A DNA stretch of 61,473 nt from an uncultured Candidatus Saccharibacteria bacterium (GTDB taxonomy: Bacteria > Patescibacteriota > Saccharimonadia > Saccharimonadales > UBA10212). This document shows positions 43,861 to 53,617 of this stretch, piece by piece. Position numbers and translations under genes: made by a program. Location: assembly GCA_964585885.1 (NCBI GenBank), contig CAZPFQ010000001.1:1-61473 (forward strand), given 5' to 3'. Under the pieces are notes generated by a model that was given only the letters and a program-made list of their open reading frames with translations, was not told the DNA's origin and did not search any database. The stretch's first letter is position 1; each line of letters begins with the position of its first letter.

Positions 43861-45111
43861 TTATTGTGAAGCCGGAGATGGTGGCGTGGCCGGCGGCTTT
43901 ATAATTTTATAAGACACCATATTTGAGGCTCCGACGGCCACCAGCCAAGTCTGCCCGGGGTCAAGTAATATCGGTTTGCCCTTGGAATCGGTGAAGCTTA
44001 ATTGTGTGGCGCGGTTTTTCTTGTGCCAGACGGCTTTTGTGACCCCTCCATCTTGGAAGATGAAGGCCGTACCCTTGCCCGAGGTGCCATATTCGCTGTG
44101 GTGGCCGTCAGATTCGATGCCATACGGCATAACCATTGCTATAAGAACCTTGGGGTGGAGTTGGACTGGGTGCTTGTCGTTAGCCGAGCGGATAATTAGG
44201 TGTTTTTGGCCGCCTTCATAACGTAGGTAATTGTTGCTCTTGGCATCGTATACATAACGTGAATTAAAATAGTAGCTGGCAATATTTATATTAATAGCCT
44301 TAACCGTCGGCGTTGCTAAAGGCGCTTCTTTGGCTTTGCGCGGCCAGGAAACGAATTTACTGTGCTTGTAGCCCTTCTTTTTATTGAGCGCGTCCAAAAG
44401 TTTAAAGCTGGTATAGACATTGTGTGGTGCGGCTCGGCTGGATTCGCGCCAATAATAACCGGAGTTAAAAAACTGGTCCAAGTCTTTGCCGTGCGAGCGT
44501 ATCTGTTGTAACGCTTCCGGACTGCCGCCGACGTGGGCTATGCCGGCGTCGAAAGGTGTCGCCCAATCAATGTAATACGGCCGCAAGCTACGCACAGGGC
44601 CGACGTACTGTGGCTTAGATTCTTGGTAAAGCGTCAAAAAGCGTGTGATGCCTCCTTCTGCGATAGCTTCAAAGACCACGCCGGCTTGTTGGATACCGGA
44701 CTGCGGGCGGGCGTCCAAGCTGTTCTCTACCATGATGCCGGTAACCGGCCGTGTAGCTAGTACCGGATCAATTTGCACGCCTGTTAGCGGCGAGGCAACG
44801 GTCTTTGGCTCTAGCTTGGCTCGTTTCGATATGCTTATCGAAGAGTCGGAATCGGGCCGTGAAATATAATAAAAACCTATAGCCCAAACTGCAAATAATA
44901 GTAGTGCCGCAGCTACAACAGCAAAACGCCAGTTTTGGCTGAGGCCCGCCCACCATTTTCTTATACGCACGAAGTGCTTATGCCTATTTGTAGGTTCCGG
45001 TGTGTTATCAAGCTCCAGAGTTTCGATATCGTCCGAAGCTTTCCCACTATCATCAGACGCCTCGTTGGGCGTTTTTGAGTCAAGTTTTGGCGGCTTTATA
45101 TCTTCGAACAC
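43861..45111 (-). CDS. DUF3048-family membrane-anchored protein (YerB-like)
   Basis: N-terminal TM (FAVVAAALLLFAVWAIGFYYI) and the core VENSLDARPQSGIQQAGVVFEAIAEGGITRFLTLY, which is typical of DUF3048. Confidence 0.7.
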   Translation of the reverse strand: MFEDIKPPKLDSKTPNEASDDSGKASDDIETLELDNTPEPTNRHKHFVRIRKWWAGLSQNWRFAVVAAALLLFAVWAIGFYYISRPDSDSSISISKRAKLEPKTVASPLTGVQIDPVLATRPVTGIMVENSLDARPQSGIQQAGVVFEAIAEGGITRFLTLYQESKPQYVGPVRSLRPYYIDWATPFDAGIAHVGGSPEALQQIRSHGKDLDQFFNSGYYWRESSRAAPHNVYTSFKLLDALNKKKGYKHSKFVSWPRKAKEAPLATPTVKAININIASYYFNSRYVYDAKSNNYLRYEGGQKHLIIRSANDKHPVQLHPKVLIAMVMPYGIESDGHHSEYGTSGKGTAFIFQDGGVTKAVWHKKNRATQLSFTDSKGKPILLDPGQTWLVAVGASNMVSYKIIKPPATPPSPASQ

Positions 45112-45133
45112 TCAAGCTATTTTAGCACGAGCA

Positions 45134-46576
45134 CTATTTAGCGGACGAGAGAGCTTCTGAGGCTTGTTTTAGCCTCATAAGACTCTCTTCCTTACCTAGA
45201 ACCTCCAAAGTTCCCGCTAGGCCCGGGCTGGCGGCAGACCAAGTAGTTGCCAGCCTGATTATGCCGAATAATACCGCCGGTTTTTCGCCGCTTTGTTCAA
45301 GCAACTTATTCAAGCAACCTGACAGCTCTTTGCCGGAAAATCCAGATTGCTCGAGCTCGTTTACCGCATCATCTATAAGCTCGACTAGGCGCGACACTTC
45401 TACCTTTGACAGAGCCTTGTCACTTCGTAGCAGCGAAATATCGATAGCCGGCCGATCAAAGAAGAAATTGCTGAGTTCGGGTATCTCAGCGAGGTATTTA
45501 AGCCGCTCTTGGAGGAGTGCCAATATTTTTTGCTTAAAATCCTTTGATTTGCCGCTGGCCTTCAGAGGCCAGAAGGATTCCGAGGCCTTATACAGCTCCG
45601 CCAAGGGCATCTGTCGGATAAAATGGCCGTTTGTCCATAGCAGCTTACGCTCGTCGAACATGGCTCCGCTCTTTTGGACTCGATTTAGACTAAAATGCTT
45701 CACTAGCTCGATAGTGCTGTATATCTCTTGGTCGCTTTCACCATGCCAGCCCAAAGACGCCAGATAACTTACCAAAGCCTCTGGCATAAAGCCCTTCTGC
45801 TTGTAATCCAAAACATCGTCCGCGCCGTCTCGTTTTGACAGTTTTTTACGTCCACCGGCGGCCATAACATAAGGTAAAGTTGCAAGTGCTGGCTTGTCGA
45901 TCCCAAGCGCATCGTATAGATTCAAGAATTTCGGCACCGAAGGCAAGAATTCCTGAGACCGGATAACGTGTGTAATTTTCATCAAGTAATCATCGACAAC
46001 ATGGGCGAAATTATAGGTCGGGAATCCATCGGATTTGATCAAGATGAAATCATCTACTGCTTCAGGCCCGGCGGCTATCTCGCCCATGACCTCGTCTGTC
46101 CACTTGTAGCCCCTTGGGTCAGATAGAAAACGCAGTGGCATGCCTTCTTTCCAATCGAGAAGCTTTGTTGGCCGGTGTTCTCGGAACAAAAAAGGCCGTT
46201 TCTGATCTATCGCCGTCTGGCGTAATTTTTCTAATTCCTCGGTTGAATACGGGTCGGCGTACGCTCTGCCTGACTCTACTAGTTTCTCGGCCCACTGTTT
46301 ATAAATATCCAGTCTCTGACTTTGCCTGTATGGGCCGTACTGCCCTGCTTTATCTGGACCCTCGTCCCACTCCAGGCCTAGCCACTTAAGCGAATCTATT
46401 ATGTGTTTCTCGGAGCTATCGGAGTGGCGGGCTCGGTCTGTGTCTTCAATCCTAAGAATGAATTGCCCGTGGCTTTGCCGGGCTACTAGCCAGGCGAACA
46501 AAGCCGTCCGGGCACCGCCAAGGTGCATAAAGCCAGTCGGAGAGGGCGCAAACCGCGTTCTGGCAATCTTCTTCAT
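45134..46576 (-). CDS. gltX: glutamate--tRNA ligase
   Basis: RFAPSPTGFMHLGGARTALFAWL (HIGH-type) and KLSKRDG (KMSKS-type). 480 aa. Confidence 0.95.
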   Translation of the reverse strand: MKKIARTRFAPSPTGFMHLGGARTALFAWLVARQSHGQFILRIEDTDRARHSDSSEKHIIDSLKWLGLEWDEGPDKAGQYGPYRQSQRLDIYKQWAEKLVESGRAYADPYSTEELEKLRQTAIDQKRPFLFREHRPTKLLDWKEGMPLRFLSDPRGYKWTDEVMGEIAAGPEAVDDFILIKSDGFPTYNFAHVVDDYLMKITHVIRSQEFLPSVPKFLNLYDALGIDKPALATLPYVMAAGGRKKLSKRDGADDVLDYKQKGFMPEALVSYLASLGWHGESDQEIYSTIELVKHFSLNRVQKSGAMFDERKLLWTNGHFIRQMPLAELYKASESFWPLKASGKSKDFKQKILALLQERLKYLAEIPELSNFFFDRPAIDISLLRSDKALSKVEVSRLVELIDDAVNELEQSGFSGKELSGCLNKLLEQSGEKPAVLFGIIRLATTWSAASPGLAGTLEVLGKEESLMRLKQASEALSSAK

Positions 46577-46621
46577 TGCCCCAAGTATACTATTTGCACC
46601 CGGTCAACTACTACAGTTGGC

Positions 46622-47734
46622 CTAGAGTGAGTCGGCTATCTTGAGCAACTGGTCTGGGCTGAGCTTTGCGCTACCCTTTATAACGTATTTGACGCCGTTG
46701 TTGACCCATGCCGCCGAAGTATTCGAGTTATATATATAAATTGTCGTTCCTTTGACTTGCGACGACTGGACTTCACTATTTTTCGGTATTACGTTGTCTT
46801 TGAGTGAGGTGCTGTCCAAGCTCGATTTTTCCTGGGTTAGCGTATACGAATCTCCAGCGTAGCCGCCCTTATAAGTTATGCTAACTCCTTCTCCGATGGT
46901 TTTAGCCGGGCCGGCGAATTTGTAGCCCGATGGTACGTATGCCGGTATTGATGTTTTGACGTCGGATTTCATAGAAGCAAAAACGGTTGAGAATTGCGGC
47001 ACATTTCGATAGGCGAAGAATAGGGCCACGGACGAGGTAATCACGGCCAGAACTGCAATTGACGACCATTTTTTTATCCGGCCAGCCTTAGAAAATTTAC
47101 CCTTGGCCTTTGAGAAGCGTCCTTTGGAAGCCTGTTTATGAGCATCGGCTTTGATAAGGGCTTCGTCGAGCATCCTCTCTAGACGGTGGTGCGAAACACT
47201 GGTAATTAAGCTTGGCGAGGCAGTCAGCGCCTTTGTGGGCTCTCTCTTGGGCTCTACCTGGGCCCTTACTACCGGACTAGCCGCTTTTGTTGCCTGTTTT
47301 CGTAAATCTAGTGCCTTAGCGCTACGGGGCGCGGCCGGCGGGCCAAAACGCTTAATTGATGAGCTTCTGAAAGTGTTCATGGCTTCGGCAAAACGACGAC
47401 CGCCGGAGCTTTGCGAGGTTCTGGTCTTGGAAATTCCTATGTCGTGGAGGATTCTTTTTGGTTGCGACGGGCGAGTAACTACACTTCTCATGAGCGTTTT
47501 CGAGTGCTGAGTTCGCTGGTGCACTTTTTGCGCCGGCCTAGTTCCCTGCCTCTTAAGAGTGGCATTTTTAGGATTTACAGCAACGACTTTTGTAGCAGAT
47601 GATCTCAGAGCCGGTACGCTACGGCGAACTCGCCGCAAACCGTCTATTACCGGTGCTCGGGGGTTTAGCTGTTGACCGCTAAACGCGTCGTAACGATTTC
47701 CGTTAATTTGGATGACGCTCGAGTTTTTTGCCAC
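46622..47734 (-). CDS. membrane protein with basic disordered N-terminus and DUF4367-like extracytoplasmic C-domain
   Basis: One TM (WSSIAVLAVITSSVALFFAY). The C-terminus SIPAYVPSGYKFAG...VSITYKG...WVNNGVKYVIKGSAKLSPDQLLKIADSL fits the DUF4367 pattern from memory. Confidence 0.5.
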   Translation of the reverse strand: MAKNSSVIQINGNRYDAFSGQQLNPRAPVIDGLRRVRRSVPALRSSATKVVAVNPKNATLKRQGTRPAQKVHQRTQHSKTLMRSVVTRPSQPKRILHDIGISKTRTSQSSGGRRFAEAMNTFRSSSIKRFGPPAAPRSAKALDLRKQATKAASPVVRAQVEPKREPTKALTASPSLITSVSHHRLERMLDEALIKADAHKQASKGRFSKAKGKFSKAGRIKKWSSIAVLAVITSSVALFFAYRNVPQFSTVFASMKSDVKTSIPAYVPSGYKFAGPAKTIGEGVSITYKGGYAGDSYTLTQEKSSLDSTSLKDNVIPKNSEVQSSQVKGTTIYIYNSNTSAAWVNNGVKYVIKGSAKLSPDQLLKIADSL

Positions 47735-47948
47735 TGTGTATTATTGGCCCTCTTATTGGCTTGATACCCAATTATAACATCCGCTTTGAACTGCCTTCAA
47801 CAGGCCATGTGTATAAACCCAAAGTGTATTTTCAGTTAATATTAAAGTATTCAAGCTAAAATATGCCTATGTTGCAAAAAATAAACCAAGGGGCGTCAAG
47901 CTGGACTTCTTAGACCCTAGAAAGCGGCGCGCTCACAATAACCGCCTT

Positions 47949-49370
47949 GTGCTGGGCTATATTCTAATGGGCGTGGTAATTGCTCTGGGGGCAGTCATAT
48001 TGGTCTACGGAGCCTATGGCTACGGTATAAATACCAAGACAGGCGATATAATTCAAAACGGCTTAGTGTTTGTCGGCTCTAAGCCGTCAGGTGCTAACGT
48101 TTCAATAAATGGCCAACCCCAAGGGTCAAAGACGTCAGCCAGGCTAGTACTGCCAGCCGGCGACTATAACCTAACGCTTAGTAAGAGCGGATACTACAAC
48201 TGGCAAAGAAAGTTCACTTTGACCGAGCACTCTATTGCCCGATACGTCTACCCCTTCTTGTTCCCCCAAAAACCCAAAGTAAGTACCATAAAGACTTATT
48301 CGTCCTCTCCTAGCTTAGTCACTCAAAGCCTGGATAGGCGCTGGCTTTTGGTTCAAGTCCCTTCCACGTCCTCAGTGGGCGTGGTTTTTGACCAATTTGA
48401 CACGAACTCTCCTAACCAGTTACCGAGGCAGTTGGTTATGCCCCCTACTGTGGTGGCTAATAGCGGAGGTAGCTTCAAGGAGGTGGAATGGTCCTCAGAC
48501 AATAAGCACGTTTTACTATTGCACCGCTTTGGTAAATCCACTGAATACATCATCTTCAACCGGGATTTACCAGCCGAGTCGATCAACGTCAATAAGCTAA
48601 TAAAGCAGTCTCTAACCGATGTTAAGCTGCTTAATAAGCAAGTTAACCAGGTTTACGTATTGTCCAAGACGGGCGGAGTTTTGTCGGTTGCCGATTTGTC
48701 AAACGGTAAGATCAGTCCAATCTTGCGCCACATCCTGGCTTACAAACCAAGCGGCAAAAACATAATTGGCTATGTCACAGATCAGGCTCCCGCCGGGCAA
48801 GCAAAGGCTGAGATCTACGACGGCTCAAAGTCCTACTCCCTTTACCAGTTCGGGCGCGGCACAAACTATCTTATAGATGAAGCCCGGTTCCAAGGGCATT
48901 GGTATTATGTTGCCGGCTCCGACTCCGACCCCCGAGTTAATATCTATAAAGATCCTCTAGACAGCTTGAAAAATAGCACCATCACGAGGGCAATCCCTTT
49001 GTTATCAATGAACATCAAAGGAGCTGATGTAGCCAACTTCTCGAACAATACCCGTTTCATAGCCGCCGAGAATGGTACCAGTTTTGCCGTATACGACATC
49101 GAGACTCAGACCTTTTACCGTTATAAACTGAATATTCACGCTTCATCACTTAAGTGGATGGATGGTCACCGTCTCATCGGTAATGCTAGCGGCCAATTTT
49201 TCGTGACCGACTACGACTCGACAAATCAGCACACTCTTACTCCAAGTAGCCTAAAGAGCGGGGGTTTCTTCAATGGCGACTACAATCTAATGTTTACTAT
49301 CGCTCGGTCAGCCAAGGGCGCCTCACTCCAAATGGTCGATATGCGCACCGGCGCCGATCTGCCGAGCTAG
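47949..49370 (+). CDS. PEGA-domain membrane protein (5' end uncertain; may extend to about 47901 or further)
   Basis: TM directly at the annotated GTG start. The PEGA domain is VGSKPSGANVSINGQPQGSKTSARLVLPAGDYNLTLSKSGYYNWQRKFTL. The frame is open for 44 codons upstream with no ATG/GTG/TTG (see findings). Confidence 0.7.
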   Translation: MLGYILMGVVIALGAVILVYGAYGYGINTKTGDIIQNGLVFVGSKPSGANVSINGQPQGSKTSARLVLPAGDYNLTLSKSGYYNWQRKFTLTEHSIARYVYPFLFPQKPKVSTIKTYSSSPSLVTQSLDRRWLLVQVPSTSSVGVVFDQFDTNSPNQLPRQLVMPPTVVANSGGSFKEVEWSSDNKHVLLLHRFGKSTEYIIFNRDLPAESINVNKLIKQSLTDVKLLNKQVNQVYVLSKTGGVLSVADLSNGKISPILRHILAYKPSGKNIIGYVTDQAPAGQAKAEIYDGSKSYSLYQFGRGTNYLIDEARFQGHWYYVAGSDSDPRVNIYKDPLDSLKNSTITRAIPLLSMNIKGADVANFSNNTRFIAAENGTSFAVYDIETQTFYRYKLNIHASSLKWMDGHRLIGNASGQFFVTDYDSTNQHTLTPSSLKSGGFFNGDYNLMFTIARSAKGASLQMVDMRTGADLPS

Positions 49371-49377
49371 CCCGTTC

Positions 49378-50589
49378 TTAGCGGTTCATCAGTTGCCAAA
49401 AGCGCGACCAAAGGGTTGGTGAGTTACTCGGAATTGTTTTAGAGCTAACTGCCAGCGAGTTTTTGGATGCTGCCACATTGTTCTTTGGGCTAGGGCTTAT
49501 CTGCTCGGCTGTTATAACCAAACGCCGCAAGCTAGTACCCGGAGGGTCGCAGGTTATTAGTGTTACGGTAGCCGTTTTGTCTGCCGGTCCAAGTACCGAT
49601 ACATCGTTAGGCGAGACTATCTTTTTTTGGTAAACCTGATATGTGTATCGTTTGCCGTCCTTTTCCAAGTAAAAAGTGTCGCCCGGCTCAAGCCGCTTTA
49701 ACAGTACAAAGGCAAACTTGTAGCGGCCCTTATTAAAGATGTTGTTACTCGAATGGCCAACGATTACCACATTTCCATCCTGGCCCGGTACGGCTGTATC
49801 TGCGTAATGGACCACGCCCTTCTCCAGAGCGGCGTCCACTGTCTTTTCGTCGATGGTTTTTACGCCGTAAACTACCGGAATCTCGACGTTTATCTTGGGA
49901 ATAATGATTTGCGGGTCACTGCCAACCGCGCTGGTGCTTATGAGAGGGACGTTGCTGAGCGAGCGACTCGGTTGTATCAAAGGCGCAATGAACCTCTCGT
50001 TAAATAATCCGAACAGAACAAAGAATATTACCAACACCCCAACGCCGAGGCCAAATGCCAGAGACCGTGTTCCGGATGGCCTAGACGGCTTTTTGCGGTT
50101 CTTTACGGGCCTAACTTGGGCGAGTTGTTTCTTGTGAGTGTTGGCTTTGGGCTTTTTCGGCTTTGAAGCTGAGCGTATCTTGGCATCTTTGAGATAAGTT
50201 GCGGCCGCCGGGTGGCTTGCGTCATCGGCTAACGTTTCATAGAATTCTTGCCAGACTTCGTGTTTTTGCTCGTCGCCCAAACCGGCGTAATAATCACGCC
50301 AGGCCGACTGGATCTCGGCCGCCGACTTGCCGGAAGCGGTTAATTCCTTGATGAAGCGCTGGTGAGCGGACGATTTTTTGCCTATCGGGTGTTTGTCGGC
50401 TTCGGCAATCTCGAACTCTACGTTGGGCGCTGAACCGTACGCCTCTTCTACTTTCCTCCTAATTAACTCGGCCGCCGGGTTCGGCTTATCCTTAGAACCA
50501 GAATCTCCTGAACCGTTTTTTGACGTACCTATAGTCGGATCCGTCGGCAGATTTAAAAAAGCGTCGTCGTCACTGGCTTTATGATTCAT
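49378..50589 (-). CDS. sortase-family transpeptidase with long cytoplasmic N-terminal extension
   Basis: TM at about residues 175-197, then a sortase core with His in VVIVGHSS, Cys in TLITCDPPG and Arg in LRRLVITAE. Confidence 0.85.
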   Translation of the reverse strand: MNHKASDDDAFLNLPTDPTIGTSKNGSGDSGSKDKPNPAAELIRRKVEEAYGSAPNVEFEIAEADKHPIGKKSSAHQRFIKELTASGKSAAEIQSAWRDYYAGLGDEQKHEVWQEFYETLADDASHPAAATYLKDAKIRSASKPKKPKANTHKKQLAQVRPVKNRKKPSRPSGTRSLAFGLGVGVLVIFFVLFGLFNERFIAPLIQPSRSLSNVPLISTSAVGSDPQIIIPKINVEIPVVYGVKTIDEKTVDAALEKGVVHYADTAVPGQDGNVVIVGHSSNNIFNKGRYKFAFVLLKRLEPGDTFYLEKDGKRYTYQVYQKKIVSPNDVSVLGPADKTATVTLITCDPPGTSLRRLVITAEQISPSPKNNVAASKNSLAVSSKTIPSNSPTLWSRFWQLMNR

Positions 50590-50621
50590 AGGTAGTTATT
50601 CAAATAAGCTATAGCTCAATT

Positions 50622-50651
50622 TTACAGCAACACCTTATTTAGCGGTATAAT
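50622..50651 (+). promoter_or_regulatory. candidate promoter TTACAG-18 nt-TATAAT upstream of tRNA-Leu
   Basis: TTACAG at 50622..50627 and TATAAT at 50646..50651, about 43 nt before the mature tRNA 5' end. Confidence 0.35.
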
Positions 50652-50693
50652 AAGCTGGAAATTCGAATCCGATAGCCAAAGGTTCGAAAGTTC

Positions 50694-50779
50694 GGGCGAG
50701 TGGCGGAATGGTAGACGCGCTGGACTCAAAATCCAGTGGCCGCAAGGTCGTGGAGGTTCAAGTCCTCTCTCGCCCACCA
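50694..50779 (+). tRNA. tRNA-Leu (anticodon CAA), long variable arm, CCA encoded
   Basis: Acceptor GGGCGAG/CTCGCCC, anticodon stem CTGGA/TCCAG with loop CTCAAAA, variable arm GGCCGCAAGGTC, T arm GGAGG-TTCAAGT-CCTCT, discriminator A and CCA. 86 nt. Confidence 0.93.
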
Positions 50780-50796
50780 TGTATAACTATACAGTT

Positions 50797-51597
50797 TTAA
50801 CTCCTGCTGGATTTTAGATTCACGAATTCGTAGACGGCCGTTGTAAATGCCTCGAAATTTTTAGCCGAATTTTGTATCCACCAAACCGCGGCGTAAGCCG
50901 CCAGATCGATTTGCCATTGAGCCTCTGTTTCCTGGGGCGTAGTGCTTATCTTGCCGCCGGAGGCTACGACAAACTGACCTGCGTGTCTTGTCATGATATT
51001 TGTGTGCCAGACCTCGAGGAGCTTTATAAGTTCTAATAGGTGCATAGCGTGGCGAATCGGAGGGTCGGGCAAGTTATTTTTACCGAGTTTTTGCAGCTTT
51101 CCCATATTGATGACCGATAACGTACTCGGACGATTCAGCAGGGGGCTATTAACATTTAAGAAATAATCCAACCCGTCTTGTGCCAAGGCTACCTGGCCAT
51201 CAAATTTTTCCAAAAACAACCCTAACAGAATTGCTGTTTCCGAGTTTCTACCAAAATCTCCGGCCAGTAGAACTCCGTCGGCCCATTTTGCATTCTCAAT
51301 GATTGCATCGAGTGCTTTTCTTGAAAAACTACCACTAGGCGTACTGGGCGCAAACTCCGCCTCTGAAAAGCTGCTGCCCAGGGGCTTAATAAGCTTGTCG
51401 GGCAACACTACTCTAACCGCTCCGGCTCCGGCGGCTATTGCCGCATTAAAGGCCGTCATTGGCGCCGAGAAGCCGTGCGAATTGCCGCCGATAATCAGTA
51501 GTCTGCCAGCTTGTCGCCTATTTTCCGGCCGCGACCACAGAAAATCGGCAAAAAGCGGTTTATCGGGAGTTTGTTTTAACCAGTTTGTAGCTTCCAT
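50797..51597 (-). CDS. YjeF C-terminal / NAD(P)HX-dehydratase-like protein (ribokinase-like fold), divergent
   Basis: RRQAGRLLIIGGNSHGFSAPMTAFNAAIAAGAGAVRVVLP matches the family N-terminal signature. I do not see the C-terminal GGxGD nucleotide-binding motif. Confidence 0.5.
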   Translation of the reverse strand: MEATNWLKQTPDKPLFADFLWSRPENRRQAGRLLIIGGNSHGFSAPMTAFNAAIAAGAGAVRVVLPDKLIKPLGSSFSEAEFAPSTPSGSFSRKALDAIIENAKWADGVLLAGDFGRNSETAILLGLFLEKFDGQVALAQDGLDYFLNVNSPLLNRPSTLSVINMGKLQKLGKNNLPDPPIRHAMHLLELIKLLEVWHTNIMTRHAGQFVVASGGKISTTPQETEAQWQIDLAAYAAVWWIQNSAKNFEAFTTAVYEFVNLKSSRS

Positions 51598-52294
51598 CTA
51601 CCCTATCCAGCTCATATGTGACGTTCTTTCGTTCGATCACGACTTTCCAGCCTGACTTTCTTGCTTGCTCAAACAAAGATTGGTCAGGGTTAAATGCAAT
51701 TGGTCTCTCGACCATATTGAGCATTGCAATGTCGCTAGAAGTATCCCCTACCGCAATGCTGCCGGCCATAGTTGCATTGTGTTCCTTCATCAGTCTCTTT
51801 AGGGTCTTATCCTTTTCAACCGAACCGACAATTTTCTCGCCCGTATAACGCCCTCCTTTGTATTCATAGATGCTGCCAACGCAATCGTCAAAGCCGTAGT
51901 ATTCGGCTATTTTGCTGATTATTTCAAACTGCGAACCCGAAATGGCGAATAATAAATATCCTCTCTTTTTAAGATCAGCTATCAATTGGCGGGTATAAAC
52001 ATAGACTTGGTCTTTATATTCTTCGAAAACTGCCTCTGCTGCATCTGAGAACTGCTTATCAGTCAGCTCTAGCAAGGCCTTCTCAAAAGCTTTTATCAGC
52101 TCTTCCTCATAAGTTTTAAAGCTTGCACCGGGGATGCGCCGCTTCCAGTTCATTCGTGAGATGCGCATAGATTCGTACGTCGAAGGCTTGACGTAGCCGA
52201 GTTTGATCAGAGCATCTGCGATGGCATGGTATAACTGCCAGCGTATGAGCGTGCCATCTATATCAAAAACAGCGAATTTACTCCCATCAGCCAT
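51560..52294 (-). CDS. HAD-IB family hydrolase (SerB-like phosphatase)
   Basis: Motif I FDIDGTLI, motif II FAISGS and motif IV VGDTSSDIAML. It overlaps the downstream gene by 38 nt. Confidence 0.75.
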   Translation of the reverse strand: MADGSKFAVFDIDGTLIRWQLYHAIADALIKLGYVKPSTYESMRISRMNWKRRIPGASFKTYEEELIKAFEKALLELTDKQFSDAAEAVFEEYKDQVYVYTRQLIADLKKRGYLLFAISGSQFEIISKIAEYYGFDDCVGSIYEYKGGRYTGEKIVGSVEKDKTLKRLMKEHNATMAGSIAVGDTSSDIAMLNMVERPIAFNPDQSLFEQARKSGWKVVIERKNVTYELDRVDGSYKLVKTNSR

Positions 52295-52313
52295 ATCTCA
52301 AGTATATCTGTTT

Positions 52314-53108
52314 TTAGGTGTCTAAGGTAATGCTGACTGGACAGTGATCACTACCCATGATATCGGCGTGAATTGCGGCTTCTTTGACTTTTGACTTAAG
52401 CGATTTAGAAACCAAAAAATAATCTATCCGCCAGCCCACGTTACGGGCGCGGGCATTAGCCCAATGGGTCCACCAGGTATAAAAGCCATTGCCCTGCTTG
52501 AACAGCCGAAAAGTATCTACAAAGCCATGGTCCACCAAAGCTTGAAACCCCGCTCGCTCTTCATCCGTAAAGCCGCGCTTGCCCTCGTTTTCTTTCGGGC
52601 GCGCTAAATCATCCTCGGTATGGGCTACATTTAAATCGCCGCAAAAAATAACTGGCTTTTTCTTCTCAAGTCTCTGGCACCAGGCGATAAAGGCCTTATC
52701 CCAGCTTTGGCGGATAGGTACGCGACTCAAATCGTCCTTTACATTGATTGTATAGACGGTTACCAGAAAGAAATCTTTGAACTCTGCGGTTATTACCCGG
52801 CCTTCTTTGTTTGGATCACCGTAAACATCACCGTGTACCTGGTGTTTTTTTACAATGTCCCCTGGCAGGCCGTTAATAACTTTTAAAGGATTAATTTTTG
52901 TGAAAATTGCCGTACCACTGTAGCCCTTTTTTTCGGCGGAATCCCAATATTCGGCGTAGCCGGGCATGTCTATTACCGCTTGTCCCTGCTGCGCCTTTGT
53001 TTCTTGCAAACACAGAATGTCGGGCTGGTGAGTTTTGACAAATTTCTGAAACTCGCCCTTATTTATGACCGCTCTTATACCATTGACATTCCACGAGTAA
53101 ATCTTCAC
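52314..53108 (-). CDS. xth: exodeoxyribonuclease III (AP endonuclease)
   Basis: MKIYSWNVNGIRA, LCLQETK, GDLNVAH and SDHCPV are canonical Xth/EEP motifs. Confidence 0.93.
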   Translation of the reverse strand: MKIYSWNVNGIRAVINKGEFQKFVKTHQPDILCLQETKAQQGQAVIDMPGYAEYWDSAEKKGYSGTAIFTKINPLKVINGLPGDIVKKHQVHGDVYGDPNKEGRVITAEFKDFFLVTVYTINVKDDLSRVPIRQSWDKAFIAWCQRLEKKKPVIFCGDLNVAHTEDDLARPKENEGKRGFTDEERAGFQALVDHGFVDTFRLFKQGNGFYTWWTHWANARARNVGWRIDYFLVSKSLKSKVKEAAIHADIMGSDHCPVSITLDT

Positions 53109-53126
53109 TAAAGCTATTTTAACAGA

Positions 53127-53582
53127 TTACGATTTGAGTTTTCGGGCAATCTCGCGGTCTTGCTGGCGGCGTTTGATTATCTCGCGCTTGTCATAACGTT
53201 TTTTACCGCGCCCAACGGCCACTTGTAGCTTGATATATCGTCCGGATGTCAAAAGTTCGGTCGGTACTAAGGTATTCCCTTGCCCTTTTGCCTCGAGCAG
53301 GCGAATTATTTCTTGTTTCTTTGCGAGTAATTTGCGGCTACGTGTCTGCAAGTCGCTAGGAATTTGTACACCTCTAACGCCCATCACTTGGGCATTAATC
53401 AACCACAGTTCGTTGTCTTTTATAGTTACGTATGCACCTCGCAAACTTCCGTGCCCCAAGCGCAAAGACTTGGTCTCAGCACCGGTGAGTTGTAAGCCCA
53501 CTACATATCTATCACCAAGCTCGTAATCGAACTTGGCTCTTCGGTTAACAATTTTGCCATCGGGCTTTGACTTCTTGGCCAT
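53127..53582 (-). CDS. smpB: SsrA-binding protein SmpB
   Basis: VNRRAKFDYEL...GLQLTGAETKSLR...AYV...ELWL...LLAKKQEI...KGQGNTLVPT... is a typical SmpB. 151 aa. Confidence 0.93.
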   Translation of the reverse strand: MAKKSKPDGKIVNRRAKFDYELGDRYVVGLQLTGAETKSLRLGHGSLRGAYVTIKDNELWLINAQVMGVRGVQIPSDLQTRSRKLLAKKQEIIRLLEAKGQGNTLVPTELLTSGRYIKLQVAVGRGKKRYDKREIIKRRQQDREIARKLKS

Positions 53583-53617
53583 TACCCAAGTATAACCTCT
53601 TTCAGAGACAATCTGAC

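Noticed and set aside
50655-50693. T-loop-like words (TTCGAATCC, GGTTCGAA) just upstream of tRNA-Leu, suggesting a tRNA remnant.
   Set aside because: No complementary T-stem, anticodon arm or acceptor stem can be drawn around them. It is likely leader sequence with TTCGAA palindromes.
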